Below, piece by piece: positions 38,600 to 47,230 of a stretch of DNA of 64,000 bases. The DNA is from Clostridia bacterium (GTDB lineage Bacteria; Bacteroidota; Bacteroidia; Bacteroidales; 4484-276), in assembly GCA_009928785.1 (NCBI GenBank), contig SABY01000001.1, positions 91,184 to 155,183 of the forward strand, in the 5' to 3' direction. The notes under the pieces were generated by a model. The model did no database searches. It saw only the letters and a program-made list of their open reading frames with translations, and had not been told where the DNA came from. The first letter of the stretch is position 1; the number at the start of each line of letters is the position of its first letter. The translations under genes were made by a program, and so were the position numbers.

Positions 38600-39922
38600 A
38601 TGGATATTTTAATAAAAAACGGAACCGTCGTTAATTCAGATGTCAGCTTTAAAGCTGATGTGGCGGTGCATCGCGGCAAGATTTTTTCGGTGGGGGTTGA
38701 TGATGCAGAAAGCGCTTCAAAAGTAATTGATGCTTCCGGCTGCCTGGTTTTTCCCGGAGGCATCGATCCGCACGTCCACATGCAACTTCCCACGCCTGCC
38801 GGGCCTTCGAGCGACAATTTTCTGACGGGAAGCCGTGCTGCGCTAATGGGCGGCACCACCACGCTCTTCGATTTTGTGACGCCGGCGCCAGGCGAATTGC
38901 TGCCTGCTGCTTTGGCATTGCGTCAAACGGAAGCGCAATCCGCGTTGACGAATGTTTTTCTCCACGTTAGCCCGACCACCTGGCGCACCACCATGCCTGA
39001 TGAAATGTCGGAATGCGTCGAAAAATTTCACACCCGTTCTTTCAAATGCTATCTGGCTTATCTCGATACCATCGGCCTCATGCCTGATGTATTGGAAAAA
39101 GTTATGAAAGAAGCTGCACGGCTGGGAGCTTCTGTGTTAGTGCATTGCGAAGAGGGCAAAGAAGTAGCACGCTTACGCGAAAAATATGCGAAAAGTGATT
39201 TGCCGGTGGCAACGGCACATTACCGCTCGCGTCCGCCGGAGTTTGAAGCACGGGCGGTTGACACGGCCATCCAACTGGCGCGGAAGACAGGATGTACATT
39301 ATACATTGTTCATGTGTCAGCGGCAGAGTCGTTGGAATTGATAGCAAAAGCGCAGGCCGCCGGACAAAAAATTTATGCCGAAACCTGCCCGCAGTACCTG
39401 CTCCTCGACGAGCAGAAATATCACCAGCCTTTTGGGCAGGCGGCACCTTATATTATTAGTCCGCCATTGCGTAAAGCAGAACACCAACAAGCTTTGTGGG
39501 AGGCGGTGGCAAATGGAACTATCCAAACCATCGGCTCCGACCACTGTCCGTTTACATTAAAACAAAAAATGGAAGGAAAAGACGACCTGCGCAAAATTCC
39601 CAACGGTGCCGGAGGCGTCGAACACCGTCTGGCGCTGCTTTACACCTATGGTGTCCTTACTGGCAAAATCAGCCTTAACCGTTTTGTAGAATTAACCTCC
39701 ACCAATGCAGCCCGCATTTTTGGACTTTATCCTGACAAAGGTGTTATTGCGCCCGGAGCCGATGCGGATATTGTCGTCTGGAACCCCGAGAAACCCGGCA
39801 TCATCAGCCACCGCACGCATCACCAGCATTGCGACAGCAACATCTACGAAGGGATGCAAACCACAGGAGCAGCAGATTATGTGGTGCTTGGCGGGAAGAT
39901 GGTGGTTGGAAGTGGGCGATGA
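38600..39922 (+). CDS. hyuA: Dihydropyrimidinase / D-hydantoinase (HyuA-like cyclic amidohydrolase)
   Basis: MDILIKNGTVV, GGIDPHVHMQLP, the carboxylated-Lys region FKCYLAY, VHCE, and GSDHCPF. Confidence 0.85.
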   Translation: MDILIKNGTVVNSDVSFKADVAVHRGKIFSVGVDDAESASKVIDASGCLVFPGGIDPHVHMQLPTPAGPSSDNFLTGSRAALMGGTTTLFDFVTPAPGELLPAALALRQTEAQSALTNVFLHVSPTTWRTTMPDEMSECVEKFHTRSFKCYLAYLDTIGLMPDVLEKVMKEAARLGASVLVHCEEGKEVARLREKYAKSDLPVATAHYRSRPPEFEARAVDTAIQLARKTGCTLYIVHVSAAESLELIAKAQAAGQKIYAETCPQYLLLDEQKYHQPFGQAAPYIISPPLRKAEHQQALWEAVANGTIQTIGSDHCPFTLKQKMEGKDDLRKIPNGAGGVEHRLALLYTYGVLTGKISLNRFVELTSTNAARIFGLYPDKGVIAPGADADIVVWNPEKPGIISHRTHHQHCDSNIYEGMQTTGAADYVVLGGKMVVGSGR

Positions 39923-39955
39923 GTAGTGAGCGATGATTAGTGAGCGATGAGAAAT
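39912..39955. repeat. Short heptamer array (gggcgat gagtagt gagcgat gattagt gagcgat gagaaat) overlapping the hyuA stop
   Basis: Same gagcgat unit as at the ddl 3' end (11951-11978). Confidence 0.7.
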
Positions 39956-39996
39956 TCCGTGAATATATTTTTCATCATACTCATCAGCAAAGGTCT

Positions 39997-41184
39997 TTAA
40001 CCTTTCACCCTTTCCCGCTGCGATTCCATAATCTTTTTCAGCACCTGCCCCGGATTTTCAAAACGGTTGGCAAGCATCATGGCGGCGATGATGTAGGGTT
40101 TGTAGCCAGCTTGCTGGTAGGTAGTGATGCGCCATTGCTCGAAAGTGTCGGCGGCTACTTCGCCCTGTGCGCACGAAACCCCCGAAATATCTGCGGGCAG
40201 GCAGTGCATATAAAGTCCCTGTCCATTTTGCGTAAGATTTTCCTTATGCTGATCATATTCCCAATTTTTAAATTCCGCATTGTGCAGCAGGCATTGTTTT
40301 TCGAGCTGCGTCAGGCCGGCGGAATCTTTCTGGTGGAGCAGGGTGGTGCGCTGTTGCATTACGCTGATGGGCGCCCAGCTTTTGGGATAAACAATATCAG
40401 CATCCTGCATGGCTTCTTCCATCGAGTTGCCGATGGCAAAAGTGCCGCCGCTTTCGACAGCGTTCTTTTTTGCTATGTTGATTACTTCGGGAAGCAGCTC
40501 GTAACCGCGGGGATGTGCCAGCTCCACGTGCATGCCAAAGCGCGTCGTCAGCGCGATGATTCCCTGCGGCACCGACAGCGGTTTCCCATAACTGGGAGAA
40601 TATGCCCAGCTCATCACTATTTTCTTTCCTCGCAACTTATCCAACGATCCAAAATGATTTTTCAGATGCAGCAGGTCGGCCATGGTTTGTGTGGGATGAT
40701 CGAGGTCGCATTGCAGGTTGACGATTCCGGGACGCACGGGCAGCACGCCACGTGCAGCGCCGTCGTCGAGTGCTTCGCCAACCTTGCGCATGTATTTGTT
40801 GCCTTCGCCCAGGTACATGTCGTCGCGGATGCCGATGAAATCCGTTAGAAACGAAATCATGCTGGCCGTTTCACGCACGGTTTCGCCGTGGGCAATCTGC
40901 GATTTGGTTTCGTCCATATCCTGCACGGCCAGCCCCAGCATGTTGGCAGCCGAGGCGTACGAAAACCGCGTGCGTGTGGAGTTGTCGCGGAAAATAGAGA
41001 CAGCCAGTCCGGTATCGAAAAGCCGGGGCGAAATATTTTCGGCGCGCATGTTTTTCAGTATGTCGGCAATCAGCAGTGTTGCCAGCAGGTCGTCATGCGA
41101 TTTTTCCCAGGTGAGCAGGAAATCATTTTGGTATAAATGGCTTTTGAGCTTAGCCAGTTGATCGATTTGTTGTTGAAGATTCAT
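39997..41184 (-). CDS. ygeW: Knotted carbamoyltransferase YgeW
   Basis: 395 aa. Contains FRDNSTRTRFSYASAA (STRTR carbamoyl-phosphate motif) and HCLPA. The length and N-terminal extension are typical of YgeW rather than ArgF/PyrB. Confidence 0.9.
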   Translation of the reverse strand: MNLQQQIDQLAKLKSHLYQNDFLLTWEKSHDDLLATLLIADILKNMRAENISPRLFDTGLAVSIFRDNSTRTRFSYASAANMLGLAVQDMDETKSQIAHGETVRETASMISFLTDFIGIRDDMYLGEGNKYMRKVGEALDDGAARGVLPVRPGIVNLQCDLDHPTQTMADLLHLKNHFGSLDKLRGKKIVMSWAYSPSYGKPLSVPQGIIALTTRFGMHVELAHPRGYELLPEVINIAKKNAVESGGTFAIGNSMEEAMQDADIVYPKSWAPISVMQQRTTLLHQKDSAGLTQLEKQCLLHNAEFKNWEYDQHKENLTQNGQGLYMHCLPADISGVSCAQGEVAADTFEQWRITTYQQAGYKPYIIAAMMLANRFENPGQVLKKIMESQRERVKG

Positions 41185-41205
41185 AAAAAGGCTGGTTTAA
41201 TTTTA

Positions 41206-41329
41206 TTTGGGCTAAAGCCCACTGATATCTTGTAGTTTTTTGCATCCCCGGCCTAAAGGCCTGGGTTAGTGATTGTATCCCCGGCCTGAGGTGGTTGAGC
41301 TTGCCGAAATCAGGCCGGGTTAAGTGATC
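41206..41329. repeat. REP-like palindromic element, inverted orientation, 1 full + 1 variant copy
   Basis: tttgggctaaagccca...ccccggcctaaaggcctgggttagtgat is the reverse complement of the 36255 element. It is followed by ccccggcctga...tcaggccgggttaagtgat. Confidence 0.8.
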
Positions 41330-41415
41330 AGGAGGCTGCTATTTTGTGATTTGTTTTTTGTAATTTGGAATTTAGCGCAAAGCGTCAAATTACTGTCGAT
41401 GACTATGAACAAGGA

Positions 41416-42615
41416 TTATTCTTCGTTCATTTCGGCGGCGAAGGCGGTATAAAATGCGGAGGCTTTCACCAGGTCGTCGATGCGTACTTTTTCGTTGGGC
41501 GCATGTGCCAGCACCTCGTTGCCAGGGCCAAAGCCAATCACCGGGATGCCGTACATTCCGTTGATGGTGACGCCGTTGGTGGAGAAAGTCCACTTGTCCA
41601 CTTTTGGCTTTACGCCGAAGAGCTGCTCGAAGACACGCACGCCGGTTTTTATCACAGGATGTTTCTCGTCTATTTTCCAGGTGGGATAATATTTCTGCAT
41701 TCCATATTCCAATCCTGTCCAGGCTTTTTCAGAATATTCCAGCACTTCCACGCGGGCATCCAAACCTTTTATCAGCTCCTCTATTTCTTTTACAGCCGAT
41801 TCCATCGTTTCGCCGGCGGTAAGCCTGCGGTCGAGATGGATACGGGCGTAGTCGGCCACTGCGCAAAGTGAAGGGCTTTGGCTGGTGATTTCGGAGATGG
41901 TAACGCTGCCCTTTCCCAGGAAATCGTCGCTGGGCAGGCGTTCGTTCAATTTTTCAATCTCCAGCGCCACACGTGCTGCCATATAAATAGCGTTTTTGCC
42001 ACGTTCCGGCGCTGAGCCGTGGGCCGAGATGCCGTTGAAATGCACGTGCATCTCCATGCGCCCGCGGTGGCCACGGTATATGTTCAGGTTTGTGGGCTCG
42101 GTTACAATTACGCAGTCGGGCTTCAGGCCTTCTTCTTCTATCAGATATTTCCAGCAAAGGCCGTCGCAATCTTCCTCCATCACGGTACCGGTAAAATATA
42201 TGGTGAGGTCGTCGGCCAGGCCGAGGTTTTTGATGATGCGTCCGGCGGTGACAAAAGCTGCCGGGCCGCCCTCCTGATCCACGGTGCCGCGGCCATGCAC
42301 ATAGCCATCACGAATTTCGCCACCCAGCGGATCGAACTGCCAGTTGCTGAGTTGGCCGATGTCAACGGTGTCCATGTGGCCGTCGATGGCAAGGATTTTT
42401 TTGCCGTTGCCAATGCGTCCGATCACGTTGCCCAGCCCGTCGATGCGCACTTCGTCGAATCCGGCTTCTTCCATTTGACTTTTCAGCTCCAGTTGCACAT
42501 CACGCTCCTGGCCGCTGAGCGATTTTATTTTGATGAGCTTCGACAGATTATTGGCGGTGTAATGGCGATATCTTTCGGCATAGTCGCTTATCTCCTGTGC
42601 TAATATTTTTTTCAT
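41416..42615 (-). CDS. ygeY: YgeY-family M20 peptidase/deacylase (selenium-metabolism-linked hydrolase family)
   Basis: 399 aa. Contains the M20 metal ligands (GHMDTV, EEDCDG) and forms an operon-like pair with ygeW, as in E. coli ygeW-ygeX-ygeY. Confidence 0.85.
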   Translation of the reverse strand: MKKILAQEISDYAERYRHYTANNLSKLIKIKSLSGQERDVQLELKSQMEEAGFDEVRIDGLGNVIGRIGNGKKILAIDGHMDTVDIGQLSNWQFDPLGGEIRDGYVHGRGTVDQEGGPAAFVTAGRIIKNLGLADDLTIYFTGTVMEEDCDGLCWKYLIEEEGLKPDCVIVTEPTNLNIYRGHRGRMEMHVHFNGISAHGSAPERGKNAIYMAARVALEIEKLNERLPSDDFLGKGSVTISEITSQSPSLCAVADYARIHLDRRLTAGETMESAVKEIEELIKGLDARVEVLEYSEKAWTGLEYGMQKYYPTWKIDEKHPVIKTGVRVFEQLFGVKPKVDKWTFSTNGVTINGMYGIPVIGFGPGNEVLAHAPNEKVRIDDLVKASAFYTAFAAEMNEE

Positions 42616-42643
42616 AGCTTAACTTCATTATTAAAAAAGAAAA

Positions 42644-42651
42644 CAAAAATA
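42644..42651 (-). promoter_or_regulatory. Bacteroidota -7 promoter box for ygeY-ygeW (minus strand)
   Basis: The reverse complement reads tatttttg (TAnnTTTG), about 30 nt upstream of the ATG at 42615. Confidence 0.45.
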
Positions 42652-42879
42652 TTTTAAAAATGCAACCAAACGACGAAACCGGTAAAGTTTTGCAATTTTG
42701 GGCTAAGGGCTTTTTGGTGATTTTCCTCGCTTTACTGCCAACGACAAGCTTTTGTTAATTCAATCCACAGTGTTATTTGCATTTCGTCAAGCATTTTAAA
42801 TTTGAAAAAGAATTTTATTTGACATACCAGGCGCTCAGCCAATTTTTATGATCTTCGCCCCGATTAACGGGATCAATTT

Positions 42880-44100
42880 ATGACTTTACCCAAAAAAATA
42901 TCCACCCACAATTTTTGGTCGTTTCTTTGGCACGCCGGGTTTCTGGCACTTGCCAAAAATTTTATGGACGTCGATACCATCATCCCTGCCATGCTTGTGG
43001 AGGCTGGCGGCGGGGCAATGCATATCGGTATTATGACTGCCATCATGCTGGGCGGTTCGAGTTTCACCCAGCTCTTTTTTGCCCCCTACCTCAGCAACAA
43101 AACGTTCAAAAAGAAATTTTTACTTGGGGGCATTAATGTCCGAATTATTTCCCTGGTCGGACTGGGAGTTTTGCTTTTTTTGTTAAAAGGAGAGCAGGTC
43201 GGTTACGTGCTGTGGCTGGTATTTTTGTTTATCACCCTGTTTTCGCTGGCAGGCGCTTTTGCCAATGTGAGTTATTACGATATTCTCGGGAAATCGGTGA
43301 ATCCCCAAAAGCGGAAAACATTTTTTTCGTCTAATCAAATTATTTCGGGAGTTATCGTTTTGGGTGCCGCTTTCCTGGTAAAAATAGTGTTGGTATGGAA
43401 GAGCTTTCCAGTGAATTATGCATTGATGTTTTTCATCGGTGGGGCGCTGCTATTGATTGCCTCGGGCGGGTTTTGGAGCATCCGCGAAACGGTGCCTTCC
43501 ACCATGAAGATTTCGGGGGTGAGGAACTTTCTCAGCATTATGAAGCACGAACTGAAATCGAACAAGAAGCTGGCTTATTTTCTGGGATTCATCAACACAC
43601 AGGGCATTGCCATTTCGTTTTTGCCTTTTGTAATTTTGTATGCAAAAGAAAATTTCCAGACACAAAGCAGCGACACCGGGAACTTCCTTTTATTCAAGGT
43701 GATCGGGATAGTTTTTGTGAGCCTGTTGGTTTTGCTTGGCGCCAAAAAATTGAAATACAACCTGTTGTTGTACAGCAATGTTTTACTGTCGCTACTGCTC
43801 GGCGTGATGGCCTGGGGGATTTCCGGAATCGATAGTATGAAATACATTTTTGTGGTGGGCGGCGTGGTTTATTCGCTTTACACGATGAGCATGAACGGTT
43901 TGCTTCTGGAGATTTCGGGAACGGAAAACCGCGCGCTTTACACCGGCTTTGCCGGAGCCGGCAACATCCTTCCGGCACTCTTCCCGTTGCTCGGCGGCAC
44001 GCTGATTCAACTTTTTGGATTCGGCTCCTTTTTCGCCCTCTTTATGATTATCATTGCTTCATCTGTTTTTTTTATTTTCAAAATCGACTGCAAAAAATGA
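42880..44100 (+). CDS. MFS transporter
   Basis: 406 aa with about 12 TM helices. Divergent from ygeY. Substrate unknown. Confidence 0.8.
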   Translation: MTLPKKISTHNFWSFLWHAGFLALAKNFMDVDTIIPAMLVEAGGGAMHIGIMTAIMLGGSSFTQLFFAPYLSNKTFKKKFLLGGINVRIISLVGLGVLLFLLKGEQVGYVLWLVFLFITLFSLAGAFANVSYYDILGKSVNPQKRKTFFSSNQIISGVIVLGAAFLVKIVLVWKSFPVNYALMFFIGGALLLIASGGFWSIRETVPSTMKISGVRNFLSIMKHELKSNKKLAYFLGFINTQGIAISFLPFVILYAKENFQTQSSDTGNFLLFKVIGIVFVSLLVLLGAKKLKYNLLLYSNVLLSLLLGVMAWGISGIDSMKYIFVVGGVVYSLYTMSMNGLLLEISGTENRALYTGFAGAGNILPALFPLLGGTLIQLFGFGSFFALFMIIIASSVFFIFKIDCKK

Positions 44101-44361
44101 AGATTACTAACGAAACCAATTAAGACTTTCTATAAATTGAAGCCTGTCGTCTAACTATTTCTGTCGCTCTACATTGAAAAATTATGATCTTTCTTCTTTA
44201 ATAAAAAACTGATATTGCAAAGGTTAACCAGACTTTTACTTTTGTAAATCAAGGGATTTTTAATTTCATGGATGATTGATGTGCACTGTGGCTCACGCCG
44301 ATACTTTGTGGCGCTGAATAAAAAAGTACTAATTTTCGCCCTTCAAACCAAAAACGGGATC

Positions 44362-44613
44362 ATGGACGATAACATCTGTGTAAATTACGAAAGTTGCCGC
44401 CTGGTGCAGGCAGCAGATTTCAATTTGAAAGCCGAACAGCGCAGCGAATACTTGCGCAATTATTGCCGGGCGGGAAAAGATGTGTGGCTCACCTGCACGC
44501 GTTACTTTACCAAAAGCCAGCTCAACTTTTGTCCCGATTTTGTGCTGCCCGACACCGATGCTACGCCCGACGAAATCATAGCACGGTTTGATGCGGATGA
44601 AACACTATCTTGA
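44362..44613 (+). CDS. Small cysteine-rich hypothetical protein (83 aa from the internal Met)
   Basis: MDDNICVNYESCRLV...YCRAGKDVWLTCTRY...NFCPDF has six Cys. No family recognised. Confidence 0.4.
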   Translation: MDDNICVNYESCRLVQAADFNLKAEQRSEYLRNYCRAGKDVWLTCTRYFTKSQLNFCPDFVLPDTDATPDEIIARFDADETLS

Positions 44614-44622
44614 AAAAGTAAG

Positions 44623-44736
44623 ATCCAAATTAACAAATTCCAAATGACAAATAAATTCCAAATTCCAAATTCCAAATTCCAAATTCCAATTTCCAAATGA
44701 CAAATAAATTTCAAATGACAAATTTCAAATTCCAAA
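44623..44736. repeat. About 16 tandem heptamers of the ttccaaa family after the small-protein stop
   Basis: attccaa atgacaa ataaatt ccaaatt ccaaatt ccaaatt ...; same family as 37736-37812. Confidence 0.85.
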
Positions 44737-44773
44737 CCGCAGAGCAGTTTGGTCATTGAATTTTAAATATTGA

Positions 44774-44883
44774 GATTTGTTTGGAGCTGTTTACTCCGAC
44801 GCCTGGCGGATGCTTTATTGATTTTTGGGATTTATTTGGAGCTGTTTACTCCGACTCCTGGCGGATGCTTTATTGATTTTTGG
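44774..44883. repeat. 55-bp direct tandem duplication upstream of the dsrC-like gene
   Basis: gatttRtttggagctgtttactccgacKcctggcggatgctttattgatttttgg occurs twice with 2 mismatches. A third copy starts at 44884 and decays into the start region. Confidence 0.85.
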
Positions 44884-44928
44884 ATTTTACATTTTAAACA
44901 TAAATAAAACCACTAAAAACTAACTAAT

Positions 44929-45246
44929 ATGCCTGTTTTAGAACTCGAAGGACGTACATTAGAAGTTGATGGCGACGGTTTCCTGGCAAATCCCGAAATC
45001 TGGGATGCCGAGGTAGCGCAATCGATCGCTCAATACGACGGAATAGAAGAACTGACGGATAAGCACTGGGCGGTAATCAACATCATCCGCACCAACTACG
45101 AAGAAAAAGGGATGGCGCCGATGATACGCACTATTTGCAAAGAAAGCGGTCTGCGGCTGCGCGAAATCTATGAGCTTTTCCCGCTGGGGCCTGCACGTGG
45201 AGCTTGCCGTGTGGCCGGACTTCCCAAACCTGACGGCTGCGTTTAA
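44929..45246 (+). CDS. DsrC/TusE/DsvC-family protein of the two-cysteine (DsrC) type
   Basis: 105 aa. The C-terminal arm is LFPLGPARGACRVAGLPKPDGCV, with the penultimate Cys and a second Cys 11 residues upstream. Confidence 0.85.
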   Translation: MPVLELEGRTLEVDGDGFLANPEIWDAEVAQSIAQYDGIEELTDKHWAVINIIRTNYEEKGMAPMIRTICKESGLRLREIYELFPLGPARGACRVAGLPKPDGCV

Positions 45247-45260
45247 AATCCCTTACAGTT

Positions 45261-45875
45261 ATGGATTGGTATCATTGGATGGCAATCGCGGCGCTGCTGC
45301 TTTGCCTCACAAGTCTCTCGTTGCATCTGCTGCGACTGCTGCGGCTGAACAATCACCGCGACTTCTCCACGCCCACCGGAAAACCGTTGGTTGCTATGCC
45401 GTATGCCTTTATAGGCGCTATGAGCCCTACCAAAAAAGAGAGCGCATATCTGCATCTTCCTACCTACATCGGCGGCTTGCTTTTTCATATCGGCACTTTT
45501 CTGGGTATCGCTTTATTTTTTGTTTTCCTTTTCGGAATAGAAATCTTCCAATGGTTGTTGTGGCCGCTTGCGCTAATAATGGTAATGGGCTCCGTTTCGG
45601 GTGCAGCCATTCTCGTAAAGCGGATGGTGAAGCCGCAGATGCGTTCCCTCTCCAACCCCGACGACTATATCTCCAATCTTTTGGTAACAATATTTCAACT
45701 GGCTACGGCTGCGGTATTATTCTGGCCGCAGGTGTTTCCGGTGTATTTCGTCCTCACAGCCTTGCTATTGCTCTACATTCCTTTAGGAAAACTGAAACAT
45801 GCAATTTACTTTTTCGCAGCCCGCTATCAGTTGGGATATTTCTTTGGAAGGCGCAGCGTATGGCCTCCCCGCTAA
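45261..45875 (+). CDS. Integral membrane protein, NarI/DsrM/HdrE-like putative di-haem cytochrome b
   Basis: 204 aa with about 5 TM helices. Contains a His pair (LHLPTYIGGLLFH) in one helix and IPLGKLKHAIYFF near the C-terminus, resembling the NarI-family PFxRLxH region. The call rests on context with the following gene. Confidence 0.5.
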   Translation: MDWYHWMAIAALLLCLTSLSLHLLRLLRLNNHRDFSTPTGKPLVAMPYAFIGAMSPTKKESAYLHLPTYIGGLLFHIGTFLGIALFFVFLFGIEIFQWLLWPLALIMVMGSVSGAAILVKRMVKPQMRSLSNPDDYISNLLVTIFQLATAAVLFWPQVFPVYFVLTALLLLYIPLGKLKHAIYFFAARYQLGYFFGRRSVWPPR

Positions 45876-47194
45876 CCACAAAAGATGTTGCTCCTATGAA
45901 AACATACACCGACGAAAAAAAGGCCGCAGCCCTTGCTGTGCTTACCACCCAGGCCGACGCCAAACTCATCACGCACATGAATAGCTGCGTGCATTGCGGG
46001 CTTTGCGCCGATAGCTGCATTTATTACCGCGCCATGCCCGACGAAAAATATGTGCCCGCCAAAAAAGTAGATTTGGTAGCTTCTATTTATCGCCGTTACG
46101 CTACCACCACGGGGAAGCTGTTTCCGAAGCTTACCGGCGCCCGCGACCTGGACGATGCCACCATTGATGAAATGGTCGATCTGCTCTATGGCGCCTGCAC
46201 CATGTGTGGCCGCTGCACCATTCACTGTTCCATCGGAGTGGACATCAGCTATGTGGTGCGCAAAGGCCGCGAAATGCTGGCCAACATGGATTTGGTACCC
46301 GCCACTTTACAAAAAACTGTGGACGCTGCGCTCGAAACCGGCAACAACATGGGCATCTCCGATCAGGATTTTATTGATACCCTGGAGTGGCTCGAAGAAG
46401 ACCTGCAGATGGAGATGGAAGACGACAATGTCAAAATTCCGCTTAACGTTACAGGCAAAGACATTCTTTATACGCTCAACCCGCGCGAGCCTAAGTTTTT
46501 CCCGTTGTCGATTACGGCGATGGCCAAAGTTTTTGAAGCCGCTGGCGAAAGCTGGACGCTCAGCACGCGGATGTACGATGTTACCAATTACGCTTACTAC
46601 TCCGGGCATCTGGAGCAGGCTGCCATCATCACGCAGCGCCTGGTGGATGAGGTACGTCATCTGCAGGCCGGCAAAGTGGTGTTGGCTGAGTGCGGTCACG
46701 GTTCGCGCGCATTCAGGTGGGAAGGTCCCAATTATATTCAGCAAACTTTCCCTTTCGAAACCATCACCAGCATAGAGCTGATGCTTCAATACATCCGCGA
46801 GGGACGTATCCGGCTCGATCCGTCCAAAAACAAAGAGGTGGTGACGCTGCACGATCCCTGCAATCTGGTGCGTAGTGGAGGCGTGGTGCAGCAACAACGC
46901 GAAATCCTGAAAGCATCGGTATTGCATTTTGTGGAAATGACCCCACATGGCATCGACAACCTTTGCTGTGGCGGCGGCGGCGGACAACTCGCCATGAGCG
47001 AATACAACGATCGCCGCATGAGTATTGCCCGCCTCAAAGCCGATCAGATAAAAGCTACCGGTGCCACCGTAGTTGTTACACCCTGCCACAATTGCGTGGA
47101 TCAGCTTACGCAAATCAATGTTACCTTCAAATTAGGAGTTCAAATAAAAACACTGGCCGAGATTGTGGCCGATGCCATCGTTCTCGACAAATAA
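45860..47194 (+). CDS. HdrD/DsrK-like iron-sulfur protein with a CCG domain
   Basis: Two ferredoxin motifs (CVHCGLCADSC, CTMCGRCTIHC) and a complete CCG motif C-X34-CC-X38-C-X2-C (HDPC...NLCCGGGGG...TPCHNC). The start is at the internal ATG and overlaps the membrane gene by 16 nt. The ORF-track N-terminal extension from 45170 is out-of-frame overlap. Confidence 0.8.
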   Translation: MASPLTTKDVAPMKTYTDEKKAAALAVLTTQADAKLITHMNSCVHCGLCADSCIYYRAMPDEKYVPAKKVDLVASIYRRYATTTGKLFPKLTGARDLDDATIDEMVDLLYGACTMCGRCTIHCSIGVDISYVVRKGREMLANMDLVPATLQKTVDAALETGNNMGISDQDFIDTLEWLEEDLQMEMEDDNVKIPLNVTGKDILYTLNPREPKFFPLSITAMAKVFEAAGESWTLSTRMYDVTNYAYYSGHLEQAAIITQRLVDEVRHLQAGKVVLAECGHGSRAFRWEGPNYIQQTFPFETITSIELMLQYIREGRIRLDPSKNKEVVTLHDPCNLVRSGGVVQQQREILKASVLHFVEMTPHGIDNLCCGGGGGQLAMSEYNDRRMSIARLKADQIKATGATVVVTPCHNCVDQLTQINVTFKLGVQIKTLAEIVADAIVLDK

Positions 47195-47230
47195 AAACTA
47201 CTTCACTAACTATTTTGATGAAATAAAAAA

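Noticed and set aside
39940-40848. Long antisense or alternative-frame ORFs inside confidently called genes
   Set aside because: Examples: 2396-3154, 6067-6948, 12478-13107, 26226-27020, 28494-29204, 31320-31937, 32469-33065, 39940-40848, 46307-47113, 47258-48058, 49697-50458 and 51304-52026. They are shadow frames typical of moderately GC-rich coding DNA, with His/Arg/Gly-rich low-information composition, and each is fully contained in a gene with clear family motifs.
45170-45859. N-terminal 230-aa extension of the DsrK-like ORF in the track (674 aa in total)
   Set aside because: The extension is out-of-frame overlap with the dsrC-like 3' end and the whole membrane-protein gene, and has a Arg/Ser/Cys-rich junk composition. 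The ferredoxin/CCG protein begins sensibly at the ATG at 45860.
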